This document shows, piece by piece, positions 1-9,056 of a DNA stretch of 64,000 bases. This DNA is from a plasmid. The stretch lies in sequence record NZ_CP135254.1. The stretch is one strand, 5' to 3'. The translations under genes were made by a program, and so were the position numbers. The stretch's first letter is position 1, and each line of letters opens with the position of its first letter. Below the pieces are notes generated by a model. It worked only from the letters and a program-made list of their open reading frames with translations. It ran no database searches and was not told the DNA's origin.

Positions 1-1020
1 GTGACTGAACAGCACAATCCGCAACACTGGAGTCAGCTGGATACGGAAGAACAGATCCGTTTCTGGCAGGGCGTTGAAGATGGCCACGTTGAATCTTTTC
101 TGGTTTCCCCGGAAAAGAAGCGTACCCGTCGTCGTCGTGGTGAGCACTCCACCAAACCCAAATGCGAAAACCCGTCCTGGTTCCGGCCATCTCACTATAA
201 GGCGCTCGGTGGCCAGCTTGGCCACGCCTATAACCGTCTGGTGAAGAAAGATCCGCTCACGGGGCAACACAGCCTGCGCATGCATATGTCCCTGCACCCA
301 TTCTATGTCCGGGAACGTCAGCGCGCCGGGCGAAAATATGCTTTCCGTCCTGAAAAACAGCGTCTCCTCGATGCGCTGTGGCCGGTGCTGGTCAGCTTCT
401 GTGATGCCGGTAAACACACGGTAGGGATGTGCGTGTCCAGGCTGGCCAGAGAGCTCAGTCCGAAAGACGGCAAAGGTAAAGTCATTCCGGAAACTGAAGT
501 GACCATTCGCCGGGTTTCGGCGCTGATAGCCGAGCAGGTCCGCTTTGGTGTCCTGGGGGTGTCAGAAGAAACCGCCTGGGATCGGGAGTCCCGTAAACGT
601 CTGCCAAAGTACGTGTGGATCACCGCCGCCGGCTTCAGGATGCTGGGCGTTGATTTGATGAAGCTGCAGGAGCAGCAGCAGAAGAAACTGCGCGAAAGCG
701 AGGAACGTCAGGCACTCATTAAAGAGGGCATGTTAGGCGAGCATGAGGATATTTCTGTCCATAAGGCGCGTAAGCGCTGGTATGAGCAGCGTAGTCGTGA
801 GGCCCTGCAGTATCGTCGTGCACAAGGCGCGGCACGCAAACGCGCCAACCGCCTGGCCAGAATGCCCCGGGACCGCCAGGTCTATGAGATGACCTGCTGG
901 CTGAAGAAGACGCTGCCGGCAGACGAGCTCTATGGCTATTCTGAGAACAAGCTTGAGCAGCTGGCGGTACAGCATCTCTATCAGCTGGAACTCTCGCTGA
1001 GCCATCCAGCGCCGCATTAG
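1..1020 (+). CDS. repA: IncFII-family plasmid replication initiator RepA (RepA1-like); the 5' end may be cut by the window edge
   Basis: 339-aa ORF beginning with GTG at base 1. The central block ...EKQRLLDALWPVLVSFCDAGKHTVGMCVSRLAREL... follows the conserved IncFII RepA1 core pattern (RRRAIDALLQGLCFHYDP...CSITTLA). A terminator hairpin and a DnaA-box origin-like region lie downstream. Confidence 0.6.
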   Translation: MTEQHNPQHWSQLDTEEQIRFWQGVEDGHVESFLVSPEKKRTRRRRGEHSTKPKCENPSWFRPSHYKALGGQLGHAYNRLVKKDPLTGQHSLRMHMSLHPFYVRERQRAGRKYAFRPEKQRLLDALWPVLVSFCDAGKHTVGMCVSRLARELSPKDGKGKVIPETEVTIRRVSALIAEQVRFGVLGVSEETAWDRESRKRLPKYVWITAAGFRMLGVDLMKLQEQQQKKLRESEERQALIKEGMLGEHEDISVHKARKRWYEQRSREALQYRRAQGAARKRANRLARMPRDRQVYEMTCWLKKTLPADELYGYSENKLEQLAVQHLYQLELSLSHPAPH

Positions 1021-1048
1021 TCCGGCCAGCCAAAATTTGTAAAAAAAT

Positions 1049-1070
1049 AGCCCCTCCGGGGCTTTTTGTG
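1049..1070 (+). terminator. Rho-independent terminator downstream of repA
   Basis: Hairpin agcccctccggggct followed by a T run. Confidence 0.5.
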
Positions 1071-1099
1071 CTGGTATTTTTTGGCCATTTTTGTCTTTC

Positions 1100-1400
1100 C
1101 TTCCTTTTCCCGCCTGAGTTTTTCTCTTTCCCTGATGATTTCGCCGGCATGCTGGCCATCAAACGCCCCCACGTGATCAGTTATCCACAAAAATCCGCAA
1201 ATAGATAAATGAGAGAATCTGCAAATAAATAACAGGAAACCCGCAATACAGTCTTAACCCAGTATTTTTATCCCCTGCATTGCAAGCAGCAGGGAGATCT
1301 TTTGTCTCTGAACACCATTGTGAATAAATCAAAAAGGCCTTCGCTTACAGCGGCCGCAAGCGTCCACGTCGCTCAGAACCAGAAGTGCCTCCCGCCGCTA
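1100..1400. promoter_or_regulatory. Probable IncFII-type origin (oriR) region
   Basis: DnaA box TTATCCACA at 1181-1189 inside an AT-rich stretch immediately downstream of repA, which is the usual IncFII layout. The coordinates are approximate. Confidence 0.4.
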
Positions 1401-2004
1401 TGCGGCGGGCATAGGCACAACACATAATTTAGTTACATCATCCGGTTAGATTCCCCGTGAACCGCACCAGCGCAATCCTCAGCACCGCACATACCACTCA
1501 GAACACCGCAGAAACCTCGCCTCCCACCACCGGAGAACGCTGACGCTTCAACAACATATGTGCCCCCTCCCCACCACTGAAAAGCGCCGCCGCCCCCGGC
1601 CAAAGGCCGGGGAAGACATCGCTTTTAATGATGGGTGTTGTAACTACTCTTTTCATCGCTGTGGGTGGAGCTGCGGTCAGTTGTCTGGTACACGCTCGTA
1701 AGCGGCCCTCCGGCCCGCTAACGCGGAGATACGCCCCGACTGCGGCTGTCGCCTTGTCGTGACCACTCCGACCGCGTACAGAGGCGTCTGTGATGTTTTA
1801 AGCGGGTATGGCTTATCAGGGCGGGGGAAGGGATTGGCAGAACCTGTCAAAACAGCAGCCGGCTGCGCCGGGCTACGGCGCCATTTGCCCTCGGTACTCC
1901 ATTCAACTACTGCTGGCGCCTCTATGCCGCTGAAGCGGCATCCTGACTCCAGATCCACATCGATCACATCTTCTATACTTTCAGTCTGGCCACTGGAGGT
2001 AACC

Positions 2005-2226
2005 ATGTGCGGACGTTTTTCTCAGTCATTAACGCGGGAAGAGTATCTTTCTCTCTTCGCCAATAAAGCCGATCGAAATATTGCCTACGACCCGGAACCC
2101 ATCGGTCGCTATAACGTCGCCCCGGGTACCAGGGTGTTACTTCTGAGCGAACGCGACGAACAGCTGCAGCTCGATCCGGTTCACTTGTATACGAGTAATA
2201 AAGTTGGATACCTGATCCGCCTCTAA
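2005..2226 (+). pseudogene. SRAP (SOS-response-associated peptidase, YedK/HMCES-like) gene fragment, 3'-truncated
   Basis: Begins MCGRFSQSLTREEYL...YDPEPIGRYNVAPGTRVLLLSERDEQLQLDPV, the hallmark N-terminus of YedK-family proteins. Similarity stops after about 63 codons, where the reading frame runs into the AAAGTTGGATACC repeat region. Full-length SRAP proteins are about 220 aa. Confidence 0.6.
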
Positions 2227-2336
2227 GCCGCATTCTACGACATGAAAAACAGCATTATAAAAATAAAGTTGGATACCAAACTGCAAATCCAGCACCGATA
2301 ACGAGAAAGCATAGAGTAAAAAAGTGGGATACCAAT
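2196..2336 (+). repeat. Three direct repeats A(A)TAAAGTTGGATACC spaced 56-65 bp apart
   Basis: Copies at 2200-2212, 2265-2277 and 2321-2333 (the third reads AAAGTGGGATACC). They sit exactly where homology to the SRAP gene is lost. Confidence 0.5.
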
Positions 2337-2513
2337 TCAGTAAGCCATGCCTAGATGTGACGATTAAACACTTCATGCGCTCTCAGGTCTGCTCTCGGAT
2401 TTATCTCCAACACACGAGAACGAAGCTCGCGATGATCTATGTGAGCCGAACGGCGCTCCCACGTCTGACCATTTTGTTCAATGCCTTGAGTTAATTCGAT
2501 GCAGTCATCCAGA

Positions 2514-5321
2514 TCAAATTTCGGAAGCAAAGGCTGGACTGACCTGTGCCCCCTGGTTCATGATCTCGACATAGCCAATTAGCTCTGCAGAGTAACTACC
2601 ATCCCCATTGGCGGCCCCCTTATGTTTCAGTTCCCGCTGCAGAGTCGGCTCAATAACATGCGTGAATATTTCCTGCCGTTGTTCGAGCGCAAACTTCGAT
2701 AATGTTACCGGTGCCTGCAGATATTGCTCAACCTGCCGCTCAACCACCGGAACTCGTGTACCATCTTGCTTAACGGCAATCGGCTGAACCACGACTCGAC
2801 GTTCACCATTGCCAGAAGAAGCTTCGACCATCCACAGAGAGAGCAGAACAGGGGTATCTAAGTCGCCAGAAACGGCAATGCCAATTTCCTCAGGCGGAAC
2901 ACTGCGCCAGCGGCCAAGCTCTTCCTGAACCAGAGGGTGATCCAAGCCCATCAACTCCAAGTTATCGCTGCTTGTCGCTAAATCTCGGTTCAATGTGAAT
3001 CGTTGTTGACTCGACCCATCAATAGTCACTAAGTCATAGGTCTCGTTGTCGATCTTGACCAAGCGTTGCTGACGATCTGCCACCGCTGCCGAAAGGAAGC
3101 GTACCAGCCGATCCAGACTAGATGAAACATCGGAAAATGGTTTGTAGTCATCAAGACTGAAACCATCAAGGTCTTGGAATAGGTCAAAAACAACCTGTCG
3201 AGCTTCCCGTGAATTTGAGAGCGCAGCCTCAAGTTCCACTTGTGTTCGTTTCAATTCAGGGTCTGACAAAGCTTCTTGGTAGAGTCGGTCATAATTTAGA
3301 CGCTCAGATAGCTGACCAAGAATCTGTGCACGCAGGTCTTCAGCTACGTTACCTTGATCGTCAACCTTACCGACTGTCTTGGCTATTTCCGTCAGCTTTT
3401 CATCAAGCATCAAGAAAATTCGCCCTTCGATGGTATCGGAGAGAACGAGGTTGTAGACCTGCGCCGTGTGGTTTTGACCATAGCGATGAATACGCCCGAT
3501 ACGCTGTTCCACATCCATCGGGTTCCATGGCAGATCGAAATTGAACAGGATGCGCGCAAATTGCAGATTCAAACCTTCACGGCCAGCTGCAGTACAAACC
3601 AGAACACGCGGCCCATTCTTCAAGCGGAATTTCCGTTCTGCCGCCAGCTTGGCTCCATGATCGCCACCACGCAAAACCACCACTCCCTGTCCTGGATACG
3701 CCTGTTCAATCTCGCGAGCAATTAGATCGACAGTCCCAAGATAGGTGGCGAAGATAACGATCTTCTCGCTGGCATTTTGCCGCCATAAATAACCCAGACC
3801 ATCAAGCAGCTTCTGCGCCTTAGTTTCACGCTGCTGCGGAAACACATTGAGAAGATCGCCAATTCGCAAACGCTCTTCTGGCAAGTGAAGCTCCACAACA
3901 GCCGACGCAGCTTCTTCGGCATTGGTTGCCAAGTATTCACTGCCATAAGGATCGGAGGCCATCTCAAGCGCCTCTGCATCAAGCTTTTTGACCAAACGGA
4001 ACTTGAGATCGGCCAACACTCGATCCACTTCGCTACGCCCAATGCTGTCGTAAGGCAGAGCATATTCTTCATGAATCAAAACTCGAGCTTCTTCAGTCAG
4101 ACGTTCACGCCCTTCAATATCAAGATCTTTATCGCGCAGTAATGCCTCGTGGAGGGTCAACATAAGCAGACGACGCTTGAGCGTTCGGCGTACAGCCGCG
4201 AAGCTTGATGCTGCTATCTTCTGGAAAATGGCCATCAAAAAGCCCAGCGCGCGCCCCTGGTTTCCTTGACGACGAGCCAAGTCAAAACCATCCTCCAGAT
4301 ACTCGCGCAACCTCTCGTAAAACAGCCGCTCATCCTCATTCATAAGGAACGACTCGGTATGAACCCAGCGACGAGCAAACAGTGGTGAACCATCTGGTTG
4401 GCAAGCATCCGCCTTGGTCCGGCGAAACATCACAGTATTGAGACGGTGGCGGTTCTCCAGCATTTCCTCTGGGCTACCAAACAAAGTGGGGTTCAGGAGC
4501 TGCGCCAGCATCCAGAACTGAAAGTGATTGCCCTGATGCGGCGTGGCCGATAACAACATCAGGTCACGAGAGTGATCTTTCAGCGCCTCGGCGAGCTTGT
4601 AATTCTCCGTCTTCCGGACCTTACCACCCGTTCGAGAAGCCGTCAGATGATGAGCCTCATCAAAAACCACCAGATCCCACCGAGGAGCATCCAGCAAGCG
4701 TTTAATACGCGCCGGACGTTTGAGTGTATCGATGCTCGCAATCAATCGATCGTGCTTGGCAAATGCATTGGTTTTACGGTCAGTTATGTCGCCCTCAGAA
4801 CCGAACACTTCAAAATCGAGGTTGAATACCTCGTTCAGCTCCCGGTGCCAGTTATTCACTAACCCTGCAGGTACCACCATCAGTGCGCGATTCAGCTCCC
4901 CTCTGCTGGCCAACTCACGCAAAATCAAAGCTGTTTCAATGGTTTTGCCCAACCCCACCTCATCAGCGATCAGATAGCGTCGGGGGGATGCTGTCGCAAT
5001 CCGGTGCGTCAGCACCACCTGGTGCGGCAGCAGGTCAATCTTTGCGGAAGTCAGTGCCGATGCACTTTCCATGACGGGCAACGCATGGGCCTCATAGGAC
5101 AACCACGCTTTGCGCGCCCGATCTGCGCCGCCATCAACGGCACGCAGGATGCGCTCGGTGCGTGAGAGCTGGCGCCGCACAGCGCCAACAGGTACGCGGC
5201 GTTCACCAACCCCAAAGAAAGCGCGCAGGTAACCATCTCGCACAGGATCAAGCACCACCCCCTGCCCGAACTCATGGTGAATAATCCGCTCACCTGGTTG
5301 AAACAATGCATCCGCTTCCAC
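2514..5321 (-). CDS. SNF2-family (SWI2/SNF2) helicase, candidate BrxHII-like component of the defence operon
   Basis: 935 aa with an ATP-binding motif DEVGLGKT, a DEAHH box, LLSATP, and a helicase C region (QRIGRIHRYGQ). It is the last gene of an eight-gene co-directional operon. Confidence 0.75.
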   Translation of the reverse strand: MEADALFQPGERIIHHEFGQGVVLDPVRDGYLRAFFGVGERRVPVGAVRRQLSRTERILRAVDGGADRARKAWLSYEAHALPVMESASALTSAKIDLLPHQVVLTHRIATASPRRYLIADEVGLGKTIETALILRELASRGELNRALMVVPAGLVNNWHRELNEVFNLDFEVFGSEGDITDRKTNAFAKHDRLIASIDTLKRPARIKRLLDAPRWDLVVFDEAHHLTASRTGGKVRKTENYKLAEALKDHSRDLMLLSATPHQGNHFQFWMLAQLLNPTLFGSPEEMLENRHRLNTVMFRRTKADACQPDGSPLFARRWVHTESFLMNEDERLFYERLREYLEDGFDLARRQGNQGRALGFLMAIFQKIAASSFAAVRRTLKRRLLMLTLHEALLRDKDLDIEGRERLTEEARVLIHEEYALPYDSIGRSEVDRVLADLKFRLVKKLDAEALEMASDPYGSEYLATNAEEAASAVVELHLPEERLRIGDLLNVFPQQRETKAQKLLDGLGYLWRQNASEKIVIFATYLGTVDLIAREIEQAYPGQGVVVLRGGDHGAKLAAERKFRLKNGPRVLVCTAAGREGLNLQFARILFNFDLPWNPMDVEQRIGRIHRYGQNHTAQVYNLVLSDTIEGRIFLMLDEKLTEIAKTVGKVDDQGNVAEDLRAQILGQLSERLNYDRLYQEALSDPELKRTQVELEAALSNSREARQVVFDLFQDLDGFSLDDYKPFSDVSSSLDRLVRFLSAAVADRQQRLVKIDNETYDLVTIDGSSQQRFTLNRDLATSSDNLELMGLDHPLVQEELGRWRSVPPEEIGIAVSGDLDTPVLLSLWMVEASSGNGERRVVVQPIAVKQDGTRVPVVERQVEQYLQAPVTLSKFALEQRQEIFTHVIEPTLQRELKHKGAANGDGSYSAELIGYVEIMNQGAQVSPAFASEI

Positions 5322-5330
5322 TCGTCGACC

Positions 5331-5840
5331 TCAGGTAATTCGTAAATGAAACAGTCCAGCTACTTTGGCGCCTTCACGCAGCAAAATTTCCTGTGGATAC
5401 TCATTAGCCTCCCCCCATAGCAGGCGACCAAAATCAATCTGATTCTCACGATAAGGCGCCTCGCATAACCATAAAACAGCATCATTAGTAACCAGTTGTT
5501 TAAGTCGACTGTGACCTTGAGGTAACCAGAAGATCAACGCAGCTTCACCACCGTAATAATCCTGAAACGAGAGAATGGCGCTTTTAATCGTTTCTCCCAG
5601 CCAGATTTCTCCCTGTTCAGGAGCTAACAGATCGAGACAACCATCAAGCCCGGCGACAACTAATGTCTGGTTGTCATTGCTAGGGAGATCATCGGGCCAA
5701 CGTCCTTGCGATTGTAGAAACTGCCGCAAACTCCAGACCTCACTTGCGACACAGACTTGATTGCGAGCCTCTTCGTCCCACAACCAACTGGTGCCTCGTC
5801 GTTGCCACACGGTATCTACAGTCTGTCGCATTATGCCCAC
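5331..5840 (-). CDS. Hypothetical protein (169 aa), operon member between the methyltransferase and the helicase
   Basis: ORF with 9-10 bp overlaps or gaps to both neighbours and no recognisable motif. It could be a BrxA- or DUF3780-like accessory, but that is speculative. Confidence 0.35.
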   Translation of the reverse strand: MGIMRQTVDTVWQRRGTSWLWDEEARNQVCVASEVWSLRQFLQSQGRWPDDLPSNDNQTLVVAGLDGCLDLLAPEQGEIWLGETIKSAILSFQDYYGGEAALIFWLPQGHSRLKQLVTNDAVLWLCEAPYRENQIDFGRLLWGEANEYPQEILLREGAKVAGLFHLRIT

Positions 5841-8800
5841 TCCTCATCATCGTCAAATAAGGAGCCCTGCACCGGTAATGGTGCCAAACTTGCCTGCCAA
5901 TTTCGGTAAATATGGACTGCGAGGGACGCTGCATTGCGGGTAGCTTGATCCGGACCATTACGGTGCAACCATTCCAGCAGTGAACGCAGCGCAACATGCG
6001 GCTTGAAATTATCGTTATTCAGCGTATCCGAGGCACTAATTCCACTGCCATCAAAGCACGCTCCGATCAATACCAGCGCTTGGTCGAGATCGGAGGTTAG
6101 CTTACGTCGATGTTTTCGTTGCCAATCACGGGAAAAATCGAGTGGATTAGTCCGAGTGAAAACCTTCTTCGCCTCCGAACACCAGTTACGCTGAACAAAA
6201 TCATCTGGGGTAGTCACAGTTCCACGCAAATACTTTTGCAATTGATCGCGCTTCATCTCGTTAACCGAACCAAAAGTGCGCAAAAATTGTCGGGTCATGG
6301 GCTCAGCGTTCACTGGTGGTGCTTCGTTGCCTTTATCTGCATCCTCATCAATCAGTTGGTTAATACCAACCAGAGCCTCCCTAACTGAAATCGTACGCCC
6401 TTCATCAACGTACACTTTGCCGTAATGGCGAGAGAAGTATTCCAATGCTTTACCACGGCGAATAACCTGAATATCTGCAGCGGGCAAACCTGATTGAGCA
6501 TGATTCTCCAACATTCCTTGCAATTGACGCACATCAGCCATCACCTCACGACGCATCCGCCCCCAACTCACCGGCTTTGGCTCTTCCGTGCGCTTGCGGC
6601 AGACATGGATGATGTCGTATTCGATAGTTTGAGAACCGAAGGTACCTGGCTTTGCTCCATCACCTTTTGTCTCATCCGAGCGAATTGGGTAAGTTGCTTC
6701 AAGGTAATACCCGGCATCGAACAGCGACTCCAATACCGCCACCCAAGGCTCATCCGCACTATGGTGGAAGGTGAAAGCCAAGATACCACCGGGCTTCAAG
6801 AGTCGATGCGCCTCACGCCAGCACTGGGTAAGCAGCCGCTGATAGAAACCATCTGGATCTTCCGGCTCGCGAGCCCGATTGGCTACTGCCTCCAGAGACT
6901 TTGGGGTGTACTCGGAGCCAAAGATTGCTGGGTATTTGTTCTTGAGCGCCAGGCGAAGCCATACGTAGAAGAAATCGGACAGCTCCGAATAGTGCAGTAA
7001 GCCACCGAACGGAGGATCGGTAATCACCAGATCTAGGCTACCGCTTTCAAGTTGTGACAGATCTGTAGACGAGCCCTGATGCACTTCCACGTCTACAACT
7101 GCATCACCGGGGAATACCTTTTCGCTACTTGATTTTTCAACACCATCACTGCGAACCCGAGATACAGATTGGGGACTGACAAGTTCGTAAGGATTCTTAC
7201 CCCATTCAATCCCTTCTATGACACCATCAGCACAAGATGACCAGCGCCCACTACCCATAATACCGAAGCAAGACCCTTCGACAACATTTGTCTTGGGGTG
7301 ATAGTTGTTATTACTCATGTGGGGCACCAACTTGTCATAATTGATATCCCAGAAACAGAACATATTTCTATAGCGAATACTCTGCTGGAAAGCACCTAGA
7401 AGAGCCTCTCTAACACTCCAAGGGTAATCGCCAATGGTGAGAATTCCTCTCAGCAGCTGGGCTTGTGCCAGCAACTGACGAGGGTTGAACATCGTCCACC
7501 AGTGCGTATAGCCGTGGTTTGGAATGCCGCCGTTATTCATGTGTGTCATGAAACCGAAAGGCACCTCTGAACGAGGCCAATAGTCTTTGAGATCGGTATC
7601 CTTTCGTGCTTCCCATTCAACGAGCGCGGCATCGTATTGGCATGCGTGAATTGCATCATATGCGGCGAAAAAACGCCCACTATAGGGTTTGCCTGCGGCA
7701 TCGCGCTTGGGGGCGTAACCATGTACCGCATAGGCAGCCATAGGCCCGGTCTTGCCTGTGGCTTTGATGGTGGTCAGTACGTCCTGAGTTGTGCCGCAGG
7801 CTGCGCAGACGTAATGGGATTTTTTCGGTACCGTGCCATTTTGCGGAGCAAAAATGACCTTTGTTTCTGGGCACGTCACTTCCTCCGGCAGCGCGCCGCG
7901 CACCTCCAGCAGCCGAATCTTGGATGCGCGTTCATTGTCCCACCGCGTGGTTGCAGCCACATCATCCTGCGCCGAGCCGCCGTAAGGCTGGCTATTCGTA
8001 TCCTGCTTAGGCGAACCCGCCAGCCATTGCGGATGCACCAGCAGGCTCAGTTCCACCTTCTTGTTCTTGCCCTTGCCGAGGTTAACCATCGCCGTATGGC
8101 CACAATGCGGGCAGATCACGCCCTTCCGGCGGTCGAGCACAGAAAACGGATGTTCGGAAGGTGCCACATACAGTGGCGCATCTGGGGCCATCCGCGCCAT
8201 ATCTTCCTCAACATGGAAGTCGCCGCCGCACTTACTGCACGAATGCTCCCAGTGTTTGACGCTGAGCGTTTTCACCGCCATCACCGGGCTTGTCATGATC
8301 GGCGTGCGGTGACCGCAGCCCGTTACCTGACAAGGGCCGTGCTTGGCCCAGAATGTGTAGATAATCTCCGGGCCTTCGTAACGGTAATCCTTGCGCTCGT
8401 CACGAGGGATGGTCAGCGGGTCGAAATCGGCGGGCATCACCTTCTTGGTCGGTAAGTGCGTCCACGAGCCTTTCTCACCTTCCGGGCCATCGCAGTAGTA
8501 GTACGGCATGATCTGCGGCTTGACCTCGGCCTCAATGTCGGCCAGCAGCTTTTTCACTTGCTCTAGATCGACATTGGCCAGTTCCTGCTTGACCACAAAC
8601 CACGCGACGGGATTCAGGTCGTTGCCGACCATCTGCATTCCAAGGCGCGAGCCTTCCACCAGTGTGGTGCCGCCGCCCATGAAGATGTCGGCCACCTTCA
8701 GGTCCTTGAACGCACCTTTTTTCTGGTGATTGGCATAGTAGTTGTCCCACACTAGCTTGGCTGCGTGCGATTTGTCTTCCGGGGCTTTGGTCGCCGCCGC

Positions 8801-9046
8801 GATCAACATTGAGCGGAACACGCTGGAGCGCCGCCGCGCCCACCACTTCGACATCTGGTAAATCGGCTTGCCCGCGTTGCCTTCGATGATCGCCACCTGA
8901 TTGACGGGCAGGATCGGGAAGTCCACCTCCAGGCAAGTCTTGGGACGATTCGGATCGTTGAAATCGACAGTTTCAAGCGCGACCGTCTTGCCTGCGCCGA
9001 CGGCTTTGGCGACTTCTTGCGCCAGTAGTTCTTTTTTGGTGGCCAT
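5831..9046 (-). CDS. Large N6-adenine DNA methyltransferase with Zn-ribbon motifs (DUF1156/COG1743-like; candidate PglXI-type BREX methylase)
   Basis: 1071 aa with the DPPFGG catalytic motif (a DPPY-type amino-MTase motif) and several CxxC pairs (CSKCGG, CPHCGH, CAACG) typical of COG1743 methylases. It is tightly coupled to the HerA gene upstream and the 169-aa ORF downstream. Confidence 0.6.
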   Translation of the reverse strand: MATKKELLAQEVAKAVGAGKTVALETVDFNDPNRPKTCLEVDFPILPVNQVAIIEGNAGKPIYQMSKWWARRRSSVFRSMLIAAATKAPEDKSHAAKLVWDNYYANHQKKGAFKDLKVADIFMGGGTTLVEGSRLGMQMVGNDLNPVAWFVVKQELANVDLEQVKKLLADIEAEVKPQIMPYYYCDGPEGEKGSWTHLPTKKVMPADFDPLTIPRDERKDYRYEGPEIIYTFWAKHGPCQVTGCGHRTPIMTSPVMAVKTLSVKHWEHSCSKCGGDFHVEEDMARMAPDAPLYVAPSEHPFSVLDRRKGVICPHCGHTAMVNLGKGKNKKVELSLLVHPQWLAGSPKQDTNSQPYGGSAQDDVAATTRWDNERASKIRLLEVRGALPEEVTCPETKVIFAPQNGTVPKKSHYVCAACGTTQDVLTTIKATGKTGPMAAYAVHGYAPKRDAAGKPYSGRFFAAYDAIHACQYDAALVEWEARKDTDLKDYWPRSEVPFGFMTHMNNGGIPNHGYTHWWTMFNPRQLLAQAQLLRGILTIGDYPWSVREALLGAFQQSIRYRNMFCFWDINYDKLVPHMSNNNYHPKTNVVEGSCFGIMGSGRWSSCADGVIEGIEWGKNPYELVSPQSVSRVRSDGVEKSSSEKVFPGDAVVDVEVHQGSSTDLSQLESGSLDLVITDPPFGGLLHYSELSDFFYVWLRLALKNKYPAIFGSEYTPKSLEAVANRAREPEDPDGFYQRLLTQCWREAHRLLKPGGILAFTFHHSADEPWVAVLESLFDAGYYLEATYPIRSDETKGDGAKPGTFGSQTIEYDIIHVCRKRTEEPKPVSWGRMRREVMADVRQLQGMLENHAQSGLPAADIQVIRRGKALEYFSRHYGKVYVDEGRTISVREALVGINQLIDEDADKGNEAPPVNAEPMTRQFLRTFGSVNEMKRDQLQKYLRGTVTTPDDFVQRNWCSEAKKVFTRTNPLDFSRDWQRKHRRKLTSDLDQALVLIGACFDGSGISASDTLNNDNFKPHVALRSLLEWLHRNGPDQATRNAASLAVHIYRNWQASLAPLPVQGSLFDDDEEWA

Positions 9047-9056
9047 TCAAGCTTCC

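Noticed and set aside
1759-2226. Long ORF (155 aa) whose 3' part is the SRAP fragment
   Set aside because: Only the segment from the MCGRF start at 2005 shows protein-like similarity. The upstream 246 bp has no RBS context or homology and is most likely non-coding origin-proximal sequence.
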